From: Candidatus Latescibacterota bacterium
GTDB taxonomy: Bacteria; Latescibacterota; UBA2968; GCA-2709665
DNA length: 64,000 nt
Assembly: GCA_963662665.2 (NCBI GenBank)
Contig: CAXXJS010000019.1
Coordinates: 1 to 64,000 of the forward strand
Direction: 5' to 3'
Shown here: piece after piece, positions 37,887-47,685 of the stretch
Position numbering within the stretch: position 1 is the first letter of the stretch
Layout of the letters: each line of letters begins with the position of its first letter
Notes under the pieces: generated by a model
What the model was told of the DNA's origin: nothing
What the model saw: only the letters and a program-made list of their open reading frames with translations
The model's database searches: none
Made by a program: the position numbers and the translations under genes

Positions 37887-40100
37887 TCAGTGCGTGGCCG
37901 TTATGCCGAGAGAGATGCGTCTGGGAGACGCCAGATTTCGTTCGACAACGGCGTAATTGTAAGCCAGGGCGTTATGTGCCTTCAGTACCACCTGGACCTG
38001 TCCCAGCGCGTATGCGGCCGAGAGGTCGAGCAGATAAACCGGTATGAGATCACGGTTCCCTTCGGGCAGGAGTCCGGACGCTCGCAGGATTCGGCTTCTG
38101 AACCTGAACCGGCCTTCCAGGGTGAGCCGACGGAACGAGGTCTGCAATCCGGCGGAGGCAACGTGCCGGGGGCGATAGGGCAGCGGCATGTCGCCCCCGG
38201 GCAGATTCTCGGTCGCGCTGATGAAGGTATAGTTCCCTTCGAGGCGCACCGGATCCACCGCTGCTGCCAGGCTCGTCTCGAGGCCGGCGGTTCGGCCCCT
38301 GCCGACGTTCCTGAAACTGACGCGTCCCGTTGCGTCCGGCCGGGCTTCGACAAGCTCGTGAAAGCGGCTCCAGAATACTGCGGCACTGACGTGTGACCAT
38401 GATGTCGGACGGTGATCGAGGGCGACTTCCGTGGAGATGCTTCTTTCCGCCACAAGGCCGGTATTGGGAACGATTGGAATGGCGGAGAAGGTGGCGTTGG
38501 TGTAGATTTCCGCGATCGAGGGGCCTCTGAACCCCCATCCGAAAGTCGAGCGCAACGTGGTACGCCTGGACGTGCGATAGGAGAAACCCAGCTTGGGGCT
38601 GAGACGATTTTCGGCGTCCCGGTCGTCGGTGCGATACCGGTCGAAGCGGCTGCCCGCTGACAGCGTAACCCGATCCGCGGCATCGATTTCCGCCTGGGCA
38701 TAGGCGGCCAGATTTAGCCCGGTGTGATTGCCGAAGAGGTGGTCCGAAGAATGTACGACGTCGTAAATCCACTGCGTTCCAACGGTTAACGCCACCTTGC
38801 CGGCGGGCTGGAGGTCCAGCTGGAGTTCCTGGCCGAGCTTGTACGCTTCCGACGACGTTCGACGGCCGATTTCGTTGTCGAATTCCGTGCGATACACAAA
38901 CGACTTGAGCCTGTAGCCCGAATGCGGGTTGAGCAGGTGATAAAAGTCGACGTTCAGGTTCAACTTCTGGGATATGGTTTTATCGTTTTTTGCACTGTCA
39001 GGCACTTCCAGGGGCTCGTTCCGGTCTTTCCACAGGACGAAGGTTCCGTGATCGTCAAGGGCCCAGTTGCAGGTTGCGGTGAACGTTGCCGCGGCCTCGA
39101 AGCGATGCCTGAGTTTACCGAAGAGTTTATATCTCCTGTGCCACGCGTTTTCTCTGAATCCGTTGGTCCACTTCTGGCCTGCGCCAAGAATGAAGCCGGT
39201 GTTGCCGGACCGCCTGGAGTGGCTGACGTCAGTGCCCTCGAAGTACCGCCCGGTCGACGACCATCGCCACTCCGGATGGCCGGGTTCGCTGTATCGCCCT
39301 CCCAGAAACCGGAAGGTCGTCTCCGGCTCGGGCGACGGATTTCTGGTGATGACGTTGATGATGCCGCCGAGCGCGCCGGTGCCGTATAGAGCGGACCCGG
39401 CCCCCTTGATGATTTCAACCCGGGCGATCTGATCGATAGGGATGGCGTCCCACTTGACGTCGGCGTTGTCTGCAGATAGCGCCGGAAAGCCGTCGATCAG
39501 CATAAGCACGCGGCTTCCCGTTCCCCTGGAATAACCGCTGGACCCCCTGATATTAACCTGCCCTCCCACCATATTTACACCGGGCACATATTCCAGGGAT
39601 TCGTTCAGAGTGACGGAATTGTCCGACTGGAGTTCCTCGGCGCCGATGAGCGATACGCTGGTCGGCGCGTCGACGACGTTTCGCGCTCGCTTGCTGGCGG
39701 AGACCACGATGGCGGGGATCTGTATAGGTGTGGACGCGAGTCGGACGGACAGCCGGAGGGTTTCCTCCGCGGTTACCAGAACGTCTTTGGATACATGCGG
39801 TGCATATCCCAGCAACGAGACGGACACGGTGTAGACGCCCGGCGGCAGACCGGTCAGGCTGAACCCGCCGGAGACGTCGGTTTCCGTTCCGATGCCGGTG
39901 CCGAGCAAAACGATGCTGGCGCCCGGCAGCGGTTCACCGGTTTTCTCGTCGGTTGTTCGTCCGACCATCGTACCGGTGGTTTCCGCCCGCAGCGCTGAGC
40001 CCGGAAAGAGAAGGCAGAGGAGGCAGAAAACCCGTGCAAATGTGCCGGTCAGGCCGATCGGCGCCCTGCACGAGGTCGAAATAGGTTTGAATGTCGACAT
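37887..40100 (-). CDS. TonB-dependent receptor with carboxypeptidase-regulatory-like N-domain
   Basis: DEKTGEPLPGASI, VVSASK, IRGSSG, IARVEIIKGAGSALYG..ALGGIINVIT; start uncertain. Confidence 0.9.
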   Translation of the reverse strand: MSTFKPISTSCRAPIGLTGTFARVFCLLCLLFPGSALRAETTGTMVGRTTDEKTGEPLPGASIVLLGTGIGTETDVSGGFSLTGLPPGVYTVSVSLLGYAPHVSKDVLVTAEETLRLSVRLASTPIQIPAIVVSASKRARNVVDAPTSVSLIGAEELQSDNSVTLNESLEYVPGVNMVGGQVNIRGSSGYSRGTGSRVLMLIDGFPALSADNADVKWDAIPIDQIARVEIIKGAGSALYGTGALGGIINVITRNPSPEPETTFRFLGGRYSEPGHPEWRWSSTGRYFEGTDVSHSRRSGNTGFILGAGQKWTNGFRENAWHRRYKLFGKLRHRFEAAATFTATCNWALDDHGTFVLWKDRNEPLEVPDSAKNDKTISQKLNLNVDFYHLLNPHSGYRLKSFVYRTEFDNEIGRRTSSEAYKLGQELQLDLQPAGKVALTVGTQWIYDVVHSSDHLFGNHTGLNLAAYAQAEIDAADRVTLSAGSRFDRYRTDDRDAENRLSPKLGFSYRTSRRTTLRSTFGWGFRGPSIAEIYTNATFSAIPIVPNTGLVAERSISTEVALDHRPTSWSHVSAAVFWSRFHELVEARPDATGRVSFRNVGRGRTAGLETSLAAAVDPVRLEGNYTFISATENLPGGDMPLPYRPRHVASAGLQTSFRRLTLEGRFRFRSRILRASGLLPEGNRDLIPVYLLDLSAAYALGQVQVVLKAHNALAYNYAVVERNLASPRRISLGITATH

Positions 40101-40500
40101 TTTTCGTGGTTTCACCCAGTTGAACCCGAACCGGTGTGGGCAGGGTGTCGTTGCCAACGTGGTAACAGCCGAGCAGGGAGTCGAAATTCCAGAAGCCGCC
40201 ATCGGGACGCCAGGCCACCACAATCCACTCGTAAGCGCCGGGCTCTTCAAGGGGAACGAAATATTCGTAACGCACCGCGCCGATGGTCACGGTCGTGTCC
40301 CAGCCCGCGATACTAAAGAAATCGGCCAGGGTCTGCGGGCGGCGCCTGTAGACCGCCACGGCGACGTCGGCGGTCTCCGGCGGCCATTCGCCATTAAAAA
40401 TCAGGGTTCCCTTGATGCCCGTACCGTCGGGAGGCCCCGGACCCAGGCCGCCGCCACAGGCGGTCAGCACGAGAAGGACCATTGGAATGAAGCGTTTCAT
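39934..40500 (-). CDS. Hypothetical lipoprotein
   Basis: MKRFIPMVLLVLTAC lipobox; upstream of the TonB receptor. Confidence 0.7.
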   Translation of the reverse strand: MKRFIPMVLLVLTACGGGLGPGPPDGTGIKGTLIFNGEWPPETADVAVAVYRRRPQTLADFFSIAGWDTTVTIGAVRYEYFVPLEEPGAYEWIVVAWRPDGGFWNFDSLLGCYHVGNDTLPTPVRVQLGETTKNVDIQTYFDLVQGADRPDRHICTGFLPPLPSLSGLSAAGGNHRYDGRTNNRRENR

Positions 40501-40648
40501 GTCGGATACGCGGCCGGCTGGCGGCGTTTCAGAATTCGTGCGGAATGGTTGCCGCCACGCTGGTTTTCCTTGACATGGCCCGGGGTTCAAAATAAGTTTC
40601 ATCAGGATGTCAACGTGTCTGTTCGGCGTTCAATCGGGAGGTCGCTCA

Positions 40649-41743
40649 ATGACAATTTCAGCGCTTCGGGCAGCCAAACTGGCGGCGGGCGCGGTTTTCG
40701 AACGGATTGACGGCACGGAGACGGCAGCTCACTACGGCGATGCCGCATCCGAGTACGCTTCGGTTCGAGAAGCCGCGGGTCTGGTCGATCGGTGCGACAG
40801 GGGCCATCTGTTCGTTACCGGCACGGACCGTGCGCGTTTTTTGCATGGGATGTTGAGCAATACGGTCGAAGGGCTGGCAGCGGGAGAGGGAAACTATGCG
40901 ACGATGACGACACCTCGGGGCCAGACATTGACCGACGTATGGGTCTATCGGAACGCGGAAGGGTTCCTGCTGGAGACGGAGCCCGGTTTGCAGGTGAAGC
41001 TGATGGCGTCCCTGGATAAATACCTTATTGCGGATGACGTCGATATAAAGGACGTTACAGGGGAACTGGCGATATTGGGCGTACACGGCCCCGGCGCCCG
41101 CGCGCTCATTGTGCCTTTGGTGGGTGATGTGCCCACCGGACTTGCGGATTGCCATACCGTCGTCCACATGATGGATGGCGTGGATGTGTCCGTGACCGCG
41201 CGCTCCTATACGGGAGAGCCCGGCTACGATCTCCGGGTAATGGCTGACAAGGCCCCGCGGCTGTGGAATGCCCTGATGTCTGCGGGCGCACGCCCCATTG
41301 GGTTTCAGGCAATGGAAGCGTTGCGAATAGAGTCCGGAATTCCACGTTACGGAGCGGACGTGGACGAGCGGGTTGTACCGCTGGAAGCAGGCCTCCATCA
41401 TGCGGTCGATTTCACAAAGGGATGTTTTATTGGCCAGGAAACTATCGCCAAGATGCAGAATCTGGGCAAACCCAGACGGTATCTGGTCGGCCTGCGCCTT
41501 GAGACAGAGAAAGTTCCGCCGGCTGAGACACCCCTCCGTGACGGCGAAAAACAGGTCGGGTGGATTACGAGCAGCATTCGTTCCCCTGCCACGGGGCGGA
41601 CGGTTTCGCTCGCCTCCGTCCGCCGCGGATACGAACAGCCCGGCCGATCTCTGTCTGTCGATGGGGAAGGTCGGGCCGAAGTCGTCGAACTGCCGTTTTT
41701 TCGTCGACACGAAGCACGACCCGGACCCGATCCATCAACCTAG
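40649..41743 (+). CDS. Folate-binding GcvT/YgfZ family aminomethyltransferase-like protein
   Basis: GTDRARFLHG, ALRIESGIP, KGCFIGQETIAK; GGGAGG RBS. Confidence 0.88.
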   Translation: MTISALRAAKLAAGAVFERIDGTETAAHYGDAASEYASVREAAGLVDRCDRGHLFVTGTDRARFLHGMLSNTVEGLAAGEGNYATMTTPRGQTLTDVWVYRNAEGFLLETEPGLQVKLMASLDKYLIADDVDIKDVTGELAILGVHGPGARALIVPLVGDVPTGLADCHTVVHMMDGVDVSVTARSYTGEPGYDLRVMADKAPRLWNALMSAGARPIGFQAMEALRIESGIPRYGADVDERVVPLEAGLHHAVDFTKGCFIGQETIAKMQNLGKPRRYLVGLRLETEKVPPAETPLRDGEKQVGWITSSIRSPATGRTVSLASVRRGYEQPGRSLSVDGEGRAEVVELPFFRRHEARPGPDPST

Positions 41744-41836
41744 GATAAAGGTGGAATTCGGCGATGTCAAGGTCTTTCTGTCAAAACAGGCCCCAACTGC
41801 AGGTGGCGGCCTTTTTGGCCGGAATCCAGAGGGTTG

Positions 41837-41865
41837 TTGACTCTGCACATTTGTTCATTTATATT
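41837..41865 (+). promoter_or_regulatory. sigma70-type promoter for the folB operon
   Basis: TTGACT-17 bp-TATATT. Confidence 0.65.
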
Positions 41866-41980
41866 GATTATTGATAGCGGGACGAGAGTGGCGCCTCCCC
41901 GACGGCGCCGGTATCGTAACATGAGGCAATTTGAGACGTGCAAGGTAGCCGGCATCCGCTGGTGATGGCTGAGATTGGCA

Positions 41981-42337
41981 ATGGGAAACGACGTGTTGCG
42001 CCTGAGAAATATGAAGTTTTTCGCCTACCATGGGCTATTTCCCGAAGAGGCGAAATTGGGGCAGTGGTTTGAGGTGGACGTGGAAGTCTTCGCGGACTTT
42101 CGGGGATATGCCCGCGACGGCGCCGCTGCAGCCGTCGACTATTCGCGGATCTACGAAACGACGCAGGCGGTTGTAACGGGGGAACGCTTCGGTCTGGTGG
42201 AGGCCCTGGCCGACCGCATCGCGGAGGTGCTGCAGTCGAACCTTCAGCTGAAGCGCCTGCGGGTACGGGTTCGCAAACCCAATCCGCCCATACAGGCGGT
42301 ATTCGATGGCGTGGAAGTCGAAGTGGAGCGGGGATGA
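41981..42337 (+). CDS. folB: Dihydroneopterin aldolase
   Basis: FFAYHGLFPEEAKLGQ, VDYS, LVEALA, RKPNPP. Confidence 0.93.
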   Translation: MGNDVLRLRNMKFFAYHGLFPEEAKLGQWFEVDVEVFADFRGYARDGAAAAVDYSRIYETTQAVVTGERFGLVEALADRIAEVLQSNLQLKRLRVRVRKPNPPIQAVFDGVEVEVERG

Positions 42338-42342
42338 CCTGT

Positions 42343-42487
42343 CAGCCCGTTGATAAAGTCCATCCGGGCTGCGTCCGGACCTTGTGACCGAATCACTGCG
42401 TTGCACACCCTCGCCGAATCCCCGATTCGACGCGGTCGCACGCCTTGTCTTCGGGCTCGCCTGCCGTGCGACTTTTTCAACGGACCG
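42343..42487. mobile_element. MITE family A, copy 1
   Basis: 18-bp TIRs CAGCCCGTTGATAAAGTC / GACTTTTTCAACGGACCG (15/18), flanks CTGT/CTAT, homologous to 52932-53089. Confidence 0.85.
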
Positions 42488-42489
42488 CT

Positions 42490-43002
42490 ATGGCGCTCGC
42501 TTACATCGGTGTGGGGGCGAATCTTGAAGACCGTGCGGCCGCGTTACGCAGGGCGACGGCCACGTTGGACGCGCACGATAGACTTGAAGTGAGAGGCGCC
42601 TCTCCGGTTTATGAAACTGCGCCTGTCGGGGTAACCGAACAGCCGATGTTTCTGAACGCGGTGCTTGCCCTGGAAACAGACCTCGACGCGCATTCACTGC
42701 TGGAATGTCTGATGGATGTGGAAAGGCGGTTCGGAAGAATCCGCCGGCTGAGGTGGGGTCCGCGGATCCTGGACCTGGATATCCTTCTCTACGGTAATGA
42801 GTTAATCCGGAGTCAAGGTTTGCAGATACCCCATCCGAGGTTACACAAGCGGGCTTTCGTTCTGGTACCGCTTTGCGACTTGACGCCGGAAGGTCGTCAT
42901 CCCGTGTTCGGCAAGACCTTCGCGGACCTGGCCGAATCGATCGGTCCCTCGCAGGTTGTTCGAAGACTGGATGGAGTTTCGCTGTTATCTGTTTGCACAT
43001 AA
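42490..43002 (+). CDS. folK: 2-amino-4-hydroxy-6-hydroxymethyldihydropteridine diphosphokinase
   Basis: AYIGVGANL, FLNAV, RWGPRILDLDIL, PHPRLHKRAFVLVPL. Confidence 0.95.
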   Translation: MALAYIGVGANLEDRAAALRRATATLDAHDRLEVRGASPVYETAPVGVTEQPMFLNAVLALETDLDAHSLLECLMDVERRFGRIRRLRWGPRILDLDILLYGNELIRSQGLQIPHPRLHKRAFVLVPLCDLTPEGRHPVFGKTFADLAESIGPSQVVRRLDGVSLLSVCT

Positions 43003-43013
43003 AGGCGCAATTA

Positions 43014-43655
43014 GTGGCCGTACGCTATCTCGCAATCGAAGGGCCCCCTTGCGTGGGCAAGACCGAACTTGCCCGCCTGCTCGGAAGGTCCATGCAGGCG
43101 CGCCTGGTTCTCGAAGAGGCGGAAGAGAATCCTTTTCTGCCCCTTTTTTACGAAAATCCCGAACACTACGGGTTTCAGACGCAGGTCTTCTTCATGCTCC
43201 ACCGGTACCGGCAGCAGCAGGACTTGCACCAGATGGACCTGTTCGAATCCACGGTGGTCAGCAACTACCTGTTCGCCCGGAGCGGCATTTACGCCCATGT
43301 GTGCCTGAACGACGCTGAGCTGTCCCTGTACGAGCGGATGGCAGAGACGCTTCAGGAGAAGGTACCGAATCCCGACCTGGTAATATACCTCCACAATTCG
43401 ACCGAGGATCTTCTGCAGCGAGTTCGAAAGCAGACGCCGGCGTACGAACGCCTGATGACCGAAGCCTACCTTGCGCGGCTTGTCGAGGCGTACACCCATT
43501 TCTTCTTTCACTATACCGAGTCGCCGTTGCTCATCATCAACGTGTCACAGGTCGACCTCGTACGGAATCCGGAGGGCCTGGAGGCATTGCTGCAGCAAGT
43601 GAAGGCGCCACCTGCCGGCACCCGCTACTACAGTCCGTTTCAAATTGAGGCCTGA
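43014..43655 (+). CDS. Deoxynucleoside kinase
   Basis: AIEGPPCVGKT, NPFLPLFY, PDLVIYL. Confidence 0.88.
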   Translation: MAVRYLAIEGPPCVGKTELARLLGRSMQARLVLEEAEENPFLPLFYENPEHYGFQTQVFFMLHRYRQQQDLHQMDLFESTVVSNYLFARSGIYAHVCLNDAELSLYERMAETLQEKVPNPDLVIYLHNSTEDLLQRVRKQTPAYERLMTEAYLARLVEAYTHFFFHYTESPLLIINVSQVDLVRNPEGLEALLQQVKAPPAGTRYYSPFQIEA

Positions 43656-43670
43656 AGGCGGCATGCGGTT

Positions 43671-44549
43671 ATGGAACTGGGATTTACAGATAAGGGAGTT
43701 CGAAGCGTGTCCGACGAGGAAATGCGTACAGTCCCAGGTTTTCTGGTGGAGATGAAGAGGAGGGGCGAACCGATCGCCATGCTGACGTGCTACGATTTTC
43801 CAACCGCCATCCTGCAGGATGCATCCGAAGTGGATGTCATCCTTGTCGGCGATTCGTTGGGGATCAATGTACTGGGTTACGAGAGTCCCCAACAGGTTAC
43901 CATGGCGGATATGCTTCACCATACCCGCGCGGTAAAACGAGGCGTTCAGAGGGCAATCCTGTTGGCGGATCTGCCTTACCGGTCCTATGAGACAGATTCC
44001 CAGGCCGTCAGCAACGCCCGGCTGATGGAGGACGCGGGGGCCGATATGGTAAAACTCGAAGGCGCCGAGGACGTGGCCGGACGGATCGCGGCGATTACGG
44101 CCGAAGGCATTCCGGTGGTCGGCCACGTAGGCCATTTGCCTCAGACCTGGAAGGGAAACCGGCATGTCTACGGAGACCGTGCGGACGAGGCAGCGCTTGT
44201 CCTCGAGGGCGCGCTCGCCCTCGAGGCCGCTGGCGCGGTCGCCGTGGTGCTGGAATGTGTTCCCGAGCAGGTGGCCGGCGTTGTTTCGCGCGCATTAAAC
44301 ATTCCCACGATTGGTATCGGATCGGGTCGACGGTGCGACGGGCAGGTACTCGTGGCGCCGGATCTGCTGGGCCTGAATGACTTATCATTCCGCTATTCCA
44401 AACGGTACGCGGAACTGGGAAGCGCCATTCGCAAGGCCTTTTCTACGTACGTCGAGGATGTAAAGGCGAAGCGGTATCCTGCCGGGGAGCATCGTTATCG
44501 AATCAGGAACGAAGAGTTGCGGAAGTTCAAGGCCCTCGCGGAGGACTGA
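43671..44549 (+). CDS. panB: 3-methyl-2-oxobutanoate hydroxymethyltransferase
   Basis: MLTCYD, ILVGDSLG, VKLEG, PTIGIGSG..CDGQVLV. Confidence 0.95.
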   Translation: MELGFTDKGVRSVSDEEMRTVPGFLVEMKRRGEPIAMLTCYDFPTAILQDASEVDVILVGDSLGINVLGYESPQQVTMADMLHHTRAVKRGVQRAILLADLPYRSYETDSQAVSNARLMEDAGADMVKLEGAEDVAGRIAAITAEGIPVVGHVGHLPQTWKGNRHVYGDRADEAALVLEGALALEAAGAVAVVLECVPEQVAGVVSRALNIPTIGIGSGRRCDGQVLVAPDLLGLNDLSFRYSKRYAELGSAIRKAFSTYVEDVKAKRYPAGEHRYRIRNEELRKFKALAED

Positions 44550-44639
44550 ACACATCGTCCATGCATTCAGCGACAATCCGGCGGGGCGGGGATCTCTCGC
44601 ACCGCCATTTATTTTTCCGTGAAAGGCAGGCGGCGGAGC

Positions 44640-45497
44640 ATGGGAACGGTCGGGGTCATACGGACGGTGGTGGAAATGCACGGCGTTGCAGACGAGATGC
44701 GGCGCGAAGGTTTGCGGATCGGGCTGGTTCCGACCATGGGCTATCTGCACGCTGGTCACTCGAGTCTGATACGCCAGGTACGGAGGATGTCCGACCGGAC
44801 GGTCGTCAGTATATTCGTCAATCCGGAGCAATTCGGTCCGGATGAGGATTTCGCGACCTATCCGCGCGATTTCGAACGAGACCGGGAAATCGTGAGGGGA
44901 GAGGGCGGCGACCTGATCTTCGCGCCTTTTCCGGATGAGATGTACCCTGACGGTTATGCGTCGTACGTCGAGACGGAACGGCTGGCGGACCACCTGTGCG
45001 GGGCATCACGACCGGGTCATTTCAGGGGTGTGGCCACTGTGGTGACGAAGCTCTTCGCGGCCGTCAAACCGCACGTGGCCATATTCGGACAGAAAGACGC
45101 CCAGCAGGCAGGCGTCGTCCGCCGGCTGGTGAGGGATCTGAATCTCGACGTGGACGTCCTGATAGCGCCGACGGTGAGAGAGGCGGACGGGTTGGCCAGA
45201 AGCTCCCGGAACGTCTACCTGACGCCCTGCCATCGCCTCTGCGCCACGGTGCTTTACACGGCCCTGCAGGAAGGAAGGGATATGGCGCTGGCGGGCGAAC
45301 GGCGCGCGTCCGTGGTCGTTGACGCCATGTCCCGCCGAATACGCCGGAGAACGGGCGCGGAGGTCCATTACGTCGCGGCGGTCGACGCCGAGGATTTTCA
45401 GCCCGTAGTCAGGATGGAAGGCAGGATACTTCTGGCGGTGGCCGTGCGGTTCGGTCAATCCCGACTCATCGACAATATCGTAGTGGAAACCGAATGA
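44640..45497 (+). CDS. panC: Pantoate--beta-alanine ligase
   Basis: VPTMGYLHAGH, SIFVNP, SRPGHFRGV, FGQKDAQQ, SSRN, RLIDN. Confidence 0.96.
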   Translation: MGTVGVIRTVVEMHGVADEMRREGLRIGLVPTMGYLHAGHSSLIRQVRRMSDRTVVSIFVNPEQFGPDEDFATYPRDFERDREIVRGEGGDLIFAPFPDEMYPDGYASYVETERLADHLCGASRPGHFRGVATVVTKLFAAVKPHVAIFGQKDAQQAGVVRRLVRDLNLDVDVLIAPTVREADGLARSSRNVYLTPCHRLCATVLYTALQEGRDMALAGERRASVVVDAMSRRIRRRTGAEVHYVAAVDAEDFQPVVRMEGRILLAVAVRFGQSRLIDNIVVETE

Positions 45498-45561
45498 ACG
45501 GCGGTACGTGAAATAAGATAAGTGTAAGTTTTTGTTATAAGTAAGTGGGGATGGAAATCGC

Positions 45562-45612
45562 TTGACCTTGCGCCTGGAGTTCGTTATATTTTGTCCCCAA
45601 TCATTACGATTG
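45562..45612 (+). promoter_or_regulatory. sodA promoter with downstream palindrome
   Basis: TTGACC-17 bp-TATATT, then CAATC-attac-GATTG. Confidence 0.6.
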
Positions 45613-45661
45613 TATAGTCTGGATCCTTCGTCCATCCTCATTCAACTAAGGAGTGTACTCA

Positions 45662-46276
45662 ATGGCCTATTCACTGCCCGATCTGCCGTACGGTTATGAT
45701 GCGCTGGAACCTCATATCGACGCCCGGACAATGGAGATTCACCACAGCAGGCATCATAACACCTATATCACGAATTTGAATAACGCACTCGAGGGGCACG
45801 CCGGTCTGGCCGACCAGAGCGTTGAAGATCTCGTCGGCAATCTTGACAGTGTTCCGGAGGCCATTCGAACGGCGGTCCGGAACAATGGCGGCGGTCACGC
45901 CAATCACAGTCTTTTCTGGACGGTGATGTCGCCCGGTGGCGGCGGAGACCCCTCCGGAGACCTGGCTGACGCGATCAACGACGCGTTTGGAAGCCTCGAT
46001 GGGGCGCGCGATCAGTTCGCCCAGGCGGCTACCACCCGTTTCGGCAGCGGATGGGCCTGGGTGGTCGTGAATGACGGTAAACTGGAAATCCTCAGCACCG
46101 CGAACCAGGACAGCCCGCTGATGACCGGAGAAGGGACGCCCATACTCGGGCTGGACGTCTGGGAGCACGCCTACTATCTGAATTATCAGAACCGGCGCCC
46201 CGATTATATCGAGGCGTGGGGCAACGTTATCAACTGGGACGCCGTTGCCGCCCGATTCGCGGACGCGACTTCCTAG
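45662..46276 (+). CDS. sodA: Superoxide dismutase, Mn-type signature
   Basis: [30 protein letters not shown]; AAGGAG RBS. Confidence 0.95.
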   Translation: MAYSLPDLPYGYDALEPHIDARTMEIHHSRHHNTYITNLNNALEGHAGLADQSVEDLVGNLDSVPEAIRTAVRNNGGGHANHSLFWTVMSPGGGGDPSGDLADAINDAFGSLDGARDQFAQAATTRFGSGWAWVVVNDGKLEILSTANQDSPLMTGEGTPILGLDVWEHAYYLNYQNRRPDYIEAWGNVINWDAVAARFADATS

Positions 46277-46440
46277 TGTCCTTTCCCAAAAATACCTTAC
46301 CATTCTTCCGCAGATTCATCCCGTCTCGCTGCGTTGCCATCGCTCGCCGACCGTGGCAGGTCGCCTGCGCTTTGGCGCCATGCGTGCCGGGCGACTCTGC
46401 GGCCGAATTCAGGCAACTTATTTCCGGGACAGAACACTAG
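46273..46440. mobile_element. MITE family B, complete copy
   Basis: Ends CTAGTGTCCTTTCCCAAAAATA / TATTTCCGGGACAGAACACTAG (18/22 inverted match), CTAG at both ends. Confidence 0.82.
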
Positions 46441-46539
46441 CACGTTTCACCGGAACCAGGCGCCGGGTTCAAGTTTACAGGTGCGGTCGTACCTGGTATC
46501 AAGGGCCGGAATTCCGGATTTTCACGAAAGGATCATCCG

Positions 46540-47016
46540 ATGGGGCTGAATGTAGGCGATCAGGCGCCGGACTTCACGTTGAAGAGCAAACGCGGCGACC
46601 TGGAAGATGTTACGTTGAGCAGTTTCAGGGGAAACAAGAACGTCGTGTTGCTGTTTTTTCCATTGGCGTATACTTCGGTATGTACAGACGAAATGTGTTC
46701 GGTGAGCGGAGGTCTGTCGGATTACGATGACCTCACTGCGCAGGTGCTGGGCATTAGCGTGGACAGCCCGTTCGCGCAGGAGGCCTGGGCGGACCAGAAC
46801 AACCTGTCTTTTCAACTGCTGAGCGATTTCAACAAAGAGGTGAGTGCCGCCTATGGAGCTCAATATCAGGACTTATTGGGTTTCAAGGGTGTCGCGAAAC
46901 GCGCGGCGTTCGTTGTAGACAGAGAAGGGATTATCCGGTACGCGGAAGTATCGGAAGACGCTACCGTATTGCCTGACTTCGACGCTGTAAAACGCTGTCT
47001 TTCGACAATCGGCTGA
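46540..47016 (+). CDS. Peroxiredoxin (AhpC/TSA family, AhpE-like)
   Basis: [34 protein letters not shown]. Confidence 0.9.
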   Translation: MGLNVGDQAPDFTLKSKRGDLEDVTLSSFRGNKNVVLLFFPLAYTSVCTDEMCSVSGGLSDYDDLTAQVLGISVDSPFAQEAWADQNNLSFQLLSDFNKEVSAAYGAQYQDLLGFKGVAKRAAFVVDREGIIRYAEVSEDATVLPDFDAVKRCLSTIG

Positions 47017-47056
47017 ACGGAGGCCCATACAGGTCTTCCGGAAGATTGAGGGCACA

Positions 47057-47380
47057 ATGGTTACGGTTACCGAGGCTGCGGCGATAAAGATCAGAGACCT
47101 GCTGGAACGTGAAGGCGTTCCAGAGTCCGGTCTCCGCATGAAGGTGGTCGGAGGCGGATGTTCCGGGTTGCAGTACCAGTTGGGATTCGAAGGCGGTCCC
47201 CGCGAAGATGACGACACCATCGAATGCAACGGCGTCAGGGTATTTGTGGACATGAAGAGTGCGCTCTATCTCGCGGGGTCCGAACTGGATTACGACGATG
47301 GGCTGATGGGCGCGGGCTTCCGGGTAGTGAATCCCAATGCCACGAATCAGTGTGGCTGTGGGGAGTCATTTGGTGTATAA
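47057..47380 (+). CDS. A-type Fe-S carrier (IscA/ErpA, HesB family)
   Basis: GGGCSG, NPNA..CGCGESF. Confidence 0.94.
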   Translation: MVTVTEAAAIKIRDLLEREGVPESGLRMKVVGGGCSGLQYQLGFEGGPREDDDTIECNGVRVFVDMKSALYLAGSELDYDDGLMGAGFRVVNPNATNQCGCGESFGV

Positions 47381-47382
47381 TC

Positions 47383-47422
47383 AAACAAACCGGCTTGTTT
47401 TGCTGCAGCGGTCGGTTTGTTT
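47383..47422 (+). terminator. Hairpin terminator after the IscA-like gene
   Basis: AAACAAACCGGC...GGTCGGTTTGTTT. Confidence 0.55.
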
Positions 47423-47685
47423 CAGGATAACGGGAGGGAGGGGTCCGGGTCGGATGCCTCCCTTTGTTGTCCGATCGACCAGTTGAACCGGAGCGCTATG
47501 TTGTTTTTGTTGCACATTGCAAGCCTGCTCCCGTACGGGTGCCGGCAGCAATTGGCTCTAATTCGGAATTCCGGAGAACCGGCGTCGCATTGCCGCGAGG
47601 TGCAAGAGCGACAATTCCCTGTGGGGCCAAATGTGCGTAAATCGAACGACCTGGATCTGGATTTTTTCGAACACGGGAGGCTTCA

